This document shows, piece after piece, positions 1-5,519 of a stretch of 13,866 nt of DNA; position 1 is the stretch's first letter; each line of letters opens with the position of its first letter. Origin of the DNA: Nanobdellota archaeon (GTDB lineage Archaea; Nanobdellota; Nanobdellia; Nanobdellales; Nanobdellaceae); the NCBI GenBank assembly GCA_020697515.1, contig JAIXNB010000054.1:1-13866 (forward strand). The letters are read 5' to 3'. The notes beneath the pieces were generated by a model. The model worked only from the letters and a program-made list of their open reading frames with translations, did not search any database and was not told where the DNA came from. The translations under genes were made by a program, and so were the position numbers.

Positions 1-176
1 AACACTCTCGGTGAAGTCTGTGTACGGACAGAACGGAAGAACTTCTCAAGGTAGATGAATATTACTGTTTATTTTCTAAATAATTTTGAGGGAATAGCAG
101 TACTTATCTCCACCTTAAAGAACAAGATCCAGTTATAATAAATTTAATTTAATATTTCACTTAAAATAATTTGAAT

Positions 177-248
177 GGGCCCGTAGTCTAGCGGTAGGAC
201 GCCGGCCTCGCACGCCGGAGGTCCCGGGTTCGAATCCCGGCGGGTCCA
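177..248 (+). tRNA. tRNA-Ala (anticodon CGC), 72 nt, no encoded CCA
   Basis: Hand-folded cloverleaf. Acceptor GGGCCCG/CGGGTCC includes the G3:U70 alanine identity pair. D arm GTCT-AGCGGTA-GGAC. Anticodon arm CCGGC-CTCGCAC-GCCGG gives anticodon CGC. Variable region AGGTC. T arm CCGGG-TTCGAAT-CCCGG. Discriminator A at 248, followed by AAT rather than CCA. About 74% G+C by hand count against an AT-rich background. Confidence 0.93.
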
Positions 249-255
249 ATTACAA

Positions 256-292
256 CTGAAAGCCTCACTCTTCAGGTGAGGAGAAAAGTCAG
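256..292 (+). other. GC-enriched imperfect hairpin in the tRNA-Ala 3' trailer (possible trailer or terminator structure or small RNA)
   Basis: CCTCAC (263-268) pairs with GTGAGG (276-281) around the 7-nt loop TCTTCAG. An outer CTGA (256-259) pairs with TCAG (289-292) across an asymmetric internal loop. About 49% G+C by hand count, above the local background. It lies between the tRNA 3' end and a T5 tract at 340-344. Confidence 0.3.
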
Positions 293-339
293 ACTCTAAT
301 ATTTAGATTAGCAAGTCAAACATATAATAGTACCTTAAC

Positions 340-344
340 TTTTT
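340..344 (+). terminator. T5 tract, candidate archaeal oligo-T terminator for the tRNA-Ala transcription unit
   Basis: cTTTTTg about 95 nt downstream of the tRNA 3' end. Archaeal RNAP terminates at oligo-T runs. It is weak evidence in AT-rich DNA. Confidence 0.3.
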
Positions 345-414
345 GTTATCTCTACTAATGATATATTATCAAAAATAGTAAGAAATAAGTATTTTCTATA
401 ACTTTAATTTACCT

Positions 415-1782
415 ATGAACCATTTAGAGATAAAGTTTGTTACAGAATTAAATGAACCAGTTGTTAAGGCAGTTAAGGAAGGAGAAGCAGAGATAGAAAA
501 AGAATTATTCAAAGATGTTAATTTTTATAGAGATGGAAATATAATATATGGAACCTATAAGGGAGAGGAAGACTCTCTAAAGTTTGGCGCTAGGTTATTT
601 AGGTATTTAAAAATCAATCGAATTAAAGAGGTATATCTGGATGTGGGTGATCTTAGTTTTAAGGAGGTTGTTCTTGGATTATATTTAGCGGCATACGAGT
701 TTGACAAGTATAAAAGAGGGCGAAAAATCAACAAGTTCATAATTTACACTAAAGGTAATTACATGAGTACTTTGGAAGAAATTGAAATCATAAAGGATGC
801 TGTTTATTTCGCTAGAGATCTAGCAAATGAGCCACCGGAGTTCTTAAATCCGTCAACATTTGTAAAAAAGATTGAAGAGAAATTTAAGAGTCTACCCGTA
901 AATATTATTGTTTTTGATGATAAAGAACTAAAAAATAAGGGATTTGGCGGGATTTATGGTGTAGGAAAAGGATCTGACCATCCTCCGAAGTTAGTAGTAA
1001 TAGAATATCTCCCAAACAAAGATAACAATCCAATTGTGTTAGTTGGTAAAGGAGTATGTTTTGATGCTGGGGGGATACATCTAAAGCCTACTGGTTACAT
1101 AGAGGATATGAAAATGGATATGCATGGAGCGGCTTCAGTTATCGCTGCATTATACGGATACATTAAATTAGTGCAGAAAGGATTTGCAAAATCTAAAAAT
1201 ATAGTAGTTCTAACTCCAATTGTAGAAAATCTACCATCCGGAAGAGCCCTAAAGCCTGGAGATATTGTAAAGCACTATAATGGCTTAACAACAGAGATCG
1301 TTAATACAGATGCTGAGGGACGATTAATTGTAGCAGATGCTCTGGCATATGCCTGCAGACATTACAACCCTAAATATATAATAGATTTAGCTACATTGAC
1401 TGGAGGACAGATAATAGCTCTAGGATATAAAGTCGCTGCTATAATGGGTAACAACAAAGATCTTATAAATGGACTAGTCGATTTAGGGAAGAAAGTTAAA
1501 GAGTACTTGTGGGAACTACCATTGTTGGATTACAAAGATATTTATTTGAATATGGTTGAAGGAGAATTCACTGATTTAAAGAACATACCATCCCCGAATT
1601 CTAGAGAGGCTAGTTCGTTAGTGGGTGGTGCATTTCTATGGCACTTTGTAGAGGAAAAGACCCCGTGGGCTCATTTGGATATAGCAGGACCCGCCATAAT
1701 GCTGAAAGAATGGGAGTGGATGACCAAAGGAGGATCTGGTTTTGGCGTTAGATTGCTAATAGAATTCTTAAAGAATTATTAA
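415..1782 (+). CDS. pepA: M17-family leucyl (cytosol) aminopeptidase
   Basis: 455-aa ORF with an ATG start. It carries the M17 signature NTDAEGRL (VNTDAEGRLIVADAL). The upstream metal- and substrate-binding blocks are present: VGKGVCFDAGGIHLKP and MKMDMHGAA. Length and two-domain layout fit PepA/LAP. Confidence 0.9.
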   Translation: MNHLEIKFVTELNEPVVKAVKEGEAEIEKELFKDVNFYRDGNIIYGTYKGEEDSLKFGARLFRYLKINRIKEVYLDVGDLSFKEVVLGLYLAAYEFDKYKRGRKINKFIIYTKGNYMSTLEEIEIIKDAVYFARDLANEPPEFLNPSTFVKKIEEKFKSLPVNIIVFDDKELKNKGFGGIYGVGKGSDHPPKLVVIEYLPNKDNNPIVLVGKGVCFDAGGIHLKPTGYIEDMKMDMHGAASVIAALYGYIKLVQKGFAKSKNIVVLTPIVENLPSGRALKPGDIVKHYNGLTTEIVNTDAEGRLIVADALAYACRHYNPKYIIDLATLTGGQIIALGYKVAAIMGNNKDLINGLVDLGKKVKEYLWELPLLDYKDIYLNMVEGEFTDLKNIPSPNSREASSLVGGAFLWHFVEEKTPWAHLDIAGPAIMLKEWEWMTKGGSGFGVRLLIEFLKNY

Positions 1783-1783
1783 A

Positions 1784-1789
1784 TTTTTT
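1784..1789 (+). terminator. T6 tract immediately after the pepA stop codon
   Basis: TAA (1780-1782) is followed by aTTTTTTa. It sits in a convergent gene pair. Confidence 0.35.
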
Positions 1790-1816
1790 AGATATTCCTG
1801 AAAGACTATAGAATAT

Positions 1817-1821
1817 AAAAA
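1817..1821 (-). terminator. T5 tract (minus strand) just after the rps7 stop codon
   Basis: Plus-strand AAAAA at 1817-1821 is TTTTT on the minus strand, 4-8 nt beyond the TAG at 1825-1827. Confidence 0.3.
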
Positions 1822-1824
1822 GGG

Positions 1825-2457
1825 CTATCGAGAGGAGGATGCTATTCTCTCTAGTTCTAACTTTTTCTGTATAGCATAGGACCCTGTATCGTTGTTTGCA
1901 GCTTTTATTATTTCCTCTGCTAGTGCTTCATACATCTTTTTTGGAGTATTTCTAGATTTATGATATGCACCCCAAACTATGTATCTTATAGCTAAATCTA
2001 TTCTCCTCAAGGGAGAGATATCTACTGCTTTTGGGTATCTTGCACCACCTGCTTCAAAAGTAGTTATTTCCTCTCTTGGTGCAGCATTCTCTATAGCTCT
2101 CACTAAAACCTGAATGGGATTCTCACCGGTTCTCTTTTCTATAATTTCAAATGCCTTAACAACTATCCTCAAATTCTTATAATATTTCCCTGAGGCAGGG
2201 TAAGATGTGTATTTGTGTTTTTTACCCAGATGCCCTGGAACCATCAATCTGCCTATCAATCTTTCTATAATTGGTATTTTCCCCCTTCCAAATCTTTTCT
2301 TTTGATATCTACCTGCTGTTTTTGGAACTAACCATTGTTCAATGTTTAAATATGGCTTTAGAGAAGCGTCCTTTACTTCAACATTATAGTCCCATCTACC
2401 TAAGAACTTTACCTTAGACATTCTTTCGGCAATATATTCCTTAACATCCATTAGCAC
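1825..2457 (-). CDS. rps7: 30S ribosomal protein uS7 (S7/S5e family)
   Basis: Full-length match to the archaeal S7 pattern: KFLGRWDYNVEVKD..., ...AIENAAPREEITTFEAGGARYPKAVDISPLRRIDLAIRYIV.... The track start at 2457 is GTG (plus-strand CAC at 2455-2457). The first ATG is two codons in, at 2451-2449, and is the more likely start. Confidence 0.93.
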   Translation of the reverse strand: MLMDVKEYIAERMSKVKFLGRWDYNVEVKDASLKPYLNIEQWLVPKTAGRYQKKRFGRGKIPIIERLIGRLMVPGHLGKKHKYTSYPASGKYYKNLRIVVKAFEIIEKRTGENPIQVLVRAIENAAPREEITTFEAGGARYPKAVDISPLRRIDLAIRYIVWGAYHKSRNTPKKMYEALAEEIIKAANNDTGSYAIQKKLELERIASSSR

Positions 2458-2734
2458 TAGATTTTAAAATAAGATTAAAAAGTTTTATATTTTGGGAGAT
2501 AAACATATATCTTCTGTTAAAATTTTGTAGCACCTAATTTCTAAAACATAATTTAAGTAATTCTAACATCTCATATTTTAAAAAATCAACAAACACCAGG
2601 ATGATATGTACTTTCTTCTTTCAATAATCTTTTACTAGTTTATATACTTAAGGTCATAGACAATACATAAAATAGTGTTAAAATTGAAGATCTACCTAAA
2701 TTTGGTTTATTGATATAGAAATAAGGTACTATAT

Positions 2735-2740
2735 AAAAAA
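2735..2740 (-). terminator. T6 tract (minus strand) after the membrane-protein gene
   Basis: Plus-strand AAAAAA at 2735-2740 is TTTTTT on the minus strand, 9-14 nt past the TAG at 2749-2751. This suggests the membrane gene and rps7 are separate transcription units. Confidence 0.35.
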
Positions 2741-2748
2741 GAAAGGGT

Positions 2749-3525
2749 CTAGTAAAGCTCTTTAATTGCCTTTAGTATAAATGGCAATGACAAAGCTGCA
2801 AATAGGAATACTACACCCCAGGCCAACACTTGTATTATAGAAGTACTTAGGTATTTTGCAAATATTGCATTTAAACCTACTAATAAGAATACTAATAATA
2901 TTATATATTTTCCATATGGTGCAAATACCTTAAATTCGCTATAATCTTTTTCTATATTCTTTATTATGAAATCAGCTATCACCCATCCAATAGAAAACGC
3001 TACAAATCCGTTTATAACATCAGTAATTATTGAATATCCTAAACCCATAATACCCATCGCTAACTTAACTACTACTGCAATCAAACCTACTAGTAGTAGT
3101 ATAGATAACAATTTTCCTACATATTCATTGTATCCTCTGACTAATCTTCCAAAGTAATCTGATAGAAATACCACAAATAACAGCGCTACTGTTATGAATG
3201 CAAAACCCAGAGTTACAATTAATGCATAATTAGCTAACTCTACTACAGCTGCCCACCAAGGATGCACTATATTGACTTGTGATACTCCCCATATTAGGAA
3301 CAATAAAAATACAAATATTGTAGTATACAACCCTACTGTATCTGAGAAATCTAGTTGTATTTTTCTTAGTTCTTTACCTATTTGAGTCTCATCCAGCCAC
3401 CTCTCTATCGTTCTATCCAAAATTCTGTTCACTAATAAACCTAGTACATTACCCAGTACAAAACCTGCTATAATCGATGCAACTAAATAGCCAATCTGTT
3501 TCCAAAATACAATGTCCACGCACAT
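2749..3525 (-). CDS. Polytopic (~7 TM) membrane protein with three copies of a 'conserved TM helix'-like repeat; function unknown
   Basis: 258-aa ORF with an ATG start and about seven long hydrophobic segments. There are three similar units, each a TM helix followed by a charged amphipathic segment: GFVLGNVLGLLVNRILDRTIER, GFAFITVALLFVVFLSDYFGRLVR and GFVAFSIGWVIADFIIKNIEKD. These recall the TM-helix repeat found N-terminal to MscS-type channels, but no MscS beta-domain is present. Confidence 0.7.
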   Translation of the reverse strand: MCVDIVFWKQIGYLVASIIAGFVLGNVLGLLVNRILDRTIERWLDETQIGKELRKIQLDFSDTVGLYTTIFVFLLFLIWGVSQVNIVHPWWAAVVELANYALIVTLGFAFITVALLFVVFLSDYFGRLVRGYNEYVGKLLSILLLVGLIAVVVKLAMGIMGLGYSIITDVINGFVAFSIGWVIADFIIKNIEKDYSEFKVFAPYGKYIILLVFLLVGLNAIFAKYLSTSIIQVLAWGVVFLFAALSLPFILKAIKELY

Positions 3526-3545
3526 AAAATATTTTTATTCCCCAC

Positions 3546-3556
3546 TTTATTAAAAG
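3546..3556 (-). promoter_or_regulatory. TATA-like box (CTTTTAATAAA on the minus strand) about 26 nt upstream of the membrane-protein ATG
   Basis: The position fits an archaeal TATA box for a leaderless or near-leaderless mRNA. AT-rich background makes this weak. Confidence 0.3.
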
Positions 3557-3615
3557 TAGCGCATAAACCTAATAATACTTTTCTAATAAAACAGGTCTTA
3601 TAAAAAATGTGAAGT

Positions 3616-4044
3616 CTATCTTCTAGCCTTTTCTATCTTACCAGTTCTTAGCAGTTCTAAGGGTTGCCCGTTAACTAGTACTACTTTAAATCTTACACCT
3701 GGAATAGAACCCACAGATCTACCCATAGCACCACCAATACCCTCAATTAATACTTCATCATGCTCATCTATATATTTTATAGCTTGGTCACCTGGGGCGA
3801 AAGCCGTCACAATCTTTCCATTTTTCCTCAGTTGAACTCTAACACACTTTATCATACCTGAATATGGCTGTCTCTTTTCCAACGCTGTCTTCTCCAGTAC
3901 TATACCAGAAGCCATTGGAGCTCCCTCCAATGGATCGTGTTTTTCTTTTAGTCTGAGCATTCTTCTTTTATATTCTCTTTTAGACCACCTAAATTGTTTC
4001 TTTTTTAACCTTAATTTCCTAGCAGCAAATAGACCATTTGGCAT
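3616..4044 (-). CDS. rps12: 30S ribosomal protein uS12 (S12/S23e family)
   Basis: 142 aa, ATG start. Archaeal/eukaryal S12 blocks are present: [69 protein letters not shown]. The PNSA loop is atypical (see findings). Confidence 0.95.
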   Translation of the reverse strand: MPNGLFAARKLRLKKKQFRWSKREYKRRMLRLKEKHDPLEGAPMASGIVLEKTALEKRQPYSGMIKCVRVQLRKNGKIVTAFAPGDQAIKYIDEHDEVLIEGIGGAMGRSVGSIPGVRFKVVLVNGQPLELLRTGKIEKARR

Positions 4045-4065
4045 GAATTAAAAATTAGTAAAAAA

Positions 4066-4073
4066 TTTAAAAG
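4066..4073 (-). promoter_or_regulatory. TATA-like box (CTTTTAAA on the minus strand) about 25 nt upstream of the rps12 ATG
   Basis: It lies in the 42-bp rpl30e-rps12 spacer, which also carries T5 and T6 runs on the minus strand. No Shine-Dalgarno-like purine run precedes the ATG. Confidence 0.3.
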
Positions 4074-4086
4074 ATTATTTAAGGAT

Positions 4087-4356
4087 CTATTTTAGAACAG
4101 AAACAACTGACACCTTGAATGACTTTTTAAGGGCGGCTCCTAACTCTTCATTGTCTAAATCTAGAACAATTACATCTACATTCGATATCCTAGCATAATA
4201 CTCAATGTCTGATTTTACATCTTCTGGAGCATTCTTTGCCATAAATACCTTAGATATTTTTCCAAGTTTCAGATATTTTAAAGTCCTTCTACTACCTACA
4301 ACTAGCTTATCTGGTTGATTTAACATAATCATTTTTAGCTCCTCCACTGGGTTCAT
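4087..4356 (-). CDS. rpl30e: 50S ribosomal protein eL30 (L30e; L7Ae-fold family)
   Basis: 89 aa, ATG start. L30e-like pattern: LVVGSRRTLKYLKLGKISKVFMAKNAPEDVKSDIEYYA...ELGAALKKSFKVSVVSV. It occupies the conserved position directly downstream of rpoA2. Confidence 0.75.
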   Translation of the reverse strand: MNPVEELKMIMLNQPDKLVVGSRRTLKYLKLGKISKVFMAKNAPEDVKSDIEYYARISNVDVIVLDLDNEELGAALKKSFKVSVVSVLK

Positions 4357-4387
4357 AGATTTAATGATTTAAAAATAAATTAAAAAA

Positions 4388-5518
4388 TTATCGCTCTTGT
4401 TTTTCTTTCTTTGGATCCTCTACATAAAATACTTTGAACAATCCGGTACCATACGGTATTGGTTGATTCGTCATAACATTCTCTATGGCTGTTTTCATAT
4501 CATCATTTTCTCCAAGCATCGCAGCTACAATGAGATGTTTTATCGGAGTTTCAAAGGCAGCTCTAGCTAAGGCAGAACCTTTTTCGGCTTGCAAACCATA
4601 TCTGGTAACACCCAAGTATTCGCCATACCATGTTAAAACATCTGCTAGTAATAAAACGTGTCTTACATCTACATCTAAACCCTGCTTCTCTAATATATTC
4701 AGTATCTCTCTCACTATTACTTCTCTTGCAGCTTCTATTCCTAAAACTTTTGCAACTTCATGTATATCATTTGAGTATACTTTTGTATAATCTACCTCTG
4801 GTATTTTCATTACCTCTTTCAAGTTGGACCCATAGGTATAAATTACAAATTCTCCATTCTCCATTTTAACAAGTACATCTCTTATTCCTTTTATTTCTGC
4901 AATGTGTAAACTCTTTATTTTTTCTTTATATTGGTAAAACTCTTTCATAGACATGTCTTCTCTAGCAGCTTTTAGAGTTATGTAATCCTCTCCAGCTTCT
5001 ATAATCTTCATTTTCTTAAGTTTCTTTTTCAGTATGTCCGTCACTTTCTCAACAGAAAGGTCTAAATCTCTCAACTCTTCTAAATTAAAGATAATTTTTA
5101 GAGTTTTATTTATTATATCAGTTTGTATCTCCTTAACTACATCAAATAATTTTATCTCCTTTAGTTTTCTAGCAACTTGATAAGCAACTTCTTTGTTCTG
5201 CTTATACTCGTCCTTCAATCTTATTACCATATATTTTTCCTTTATTTTTTTTCTTCCATCAGCTATCTCTATAAACCTAGGAAGACCCAGGGAGAGTTGG
5301 AGTTCGGACATTCCAATAAAATGGAAAGATCTCAATATCATCTGAGTTGCAGGTTCGGTTAGAGATTGTGTAGAAACTAACCCTACTGGTTCCCCTACAT
5401 CTGCTAAAGCTTTCTCATATCTTTTTTTGACCTCCTCATATATTTTTTGTTTAACATCTTCTGGGAAGTCTTTAGTCTTTTCTTCCAGTTCTTCCAAGAT
5501 TTTCTTAGGAAGGTCCAT
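4388..5518 (-). CDS. rpoA2: DNA-directed RNA polymerase subunit A'' (Rpo1C)
   Basis: 376 aa. Trigger-loop region GEPVGLVSTQSLTEPATQMILRSFHF and LGLPRFIEI are present. The ATG at 5518 lies 1 nt after the rpoA1 stop codon (TAA-a-ATG), which implies translational coupling. Confidence 0.93.
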   Translation of the reverse strand: MDLPKKILEELEEKTKDFPEDVKQKIYEEVKKRYEKALADVGEPVGLVSTQSLTEPATQMILRSFHFIGMSELQLSLGLPRFIEIADGRKKIKEKYMVIRLKDEYKQNKEVAYQVARKLKEIKLFDVVKEIQTDIINKTLKIIFNLEELRDLDLSVEKVTDILKKKLKKMKIIEAGEDYITLKAAREDMSMKEFYQYKEKIKSLHIAEIKGIRDVLVKMENGEFVIYTYGSNLKEVMKIPEVDYTKVYSNDIHEVAKVLGIEAAREVIVREILNILEKQGLDVDVRHVLLLADVLTWYGEYLGVTRYGLQAEKGSALARAAFETPIKHLIVAAMLGENDDMKTAIENVMTNQPIPYGTGLFKVFYVEDPKKEKQER

Positions 5519-5519
5519 T

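Noticed and set aside
1-58. A GC-enriched left edge (about 48% G+C by hand count) with a small TCTGT/ACAGA hairpin. It could be the 3' end of a structured RNA or the C-terminal end of a plus-strand gene (frame 1 stops at 52-54, frame 2 at 56-58)
   Set aside because: It does not match any rRNA, SRP or RNase P terminus I recognise. The 17-18-aa peptide tails are uninformative and the feature is truncated by the window edge.
223-241. A 19-nt exact repeat, CCCGGGTTCGAATCCCGGC, shared by tRNA-Ala (223-241) and tRNA-Gly (13562-13580), which could be read as att-like direct repeats bracketing an island
   Set aside because: It is simply the T arm of both tRNAs. All-G:C T stems plus the conserved TTCGAAT loop are expected in hyperthermophile tRNAs. 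The bracketed DNA is core housekeeping (RNAP and ribosomal proteins) with no integrase.
263-281. A hairpin with a 7-nt loop, UCUUCAG, resembling a tRNA anticodon arm (UUC, Glu), considered as a split-tRNA half or tRNA pseudogene
   Set aside because: Position 33 would be C instead of the invariant U. There is no D arm, T arm or acceptor sequence around it, and no GC-rich complementary leader of the kind seen next to split tRNA halves.
2594-2612. AGGATGATATG (also AATGATATA near 357-366), considered as C boxes of C/D-box sRNAs
   Set aside because: The sequence is UGAUAU rather than UGAUGA. No CUGA D box lies at a suitable distance on the same strand, and there are no terminal complementary stems.
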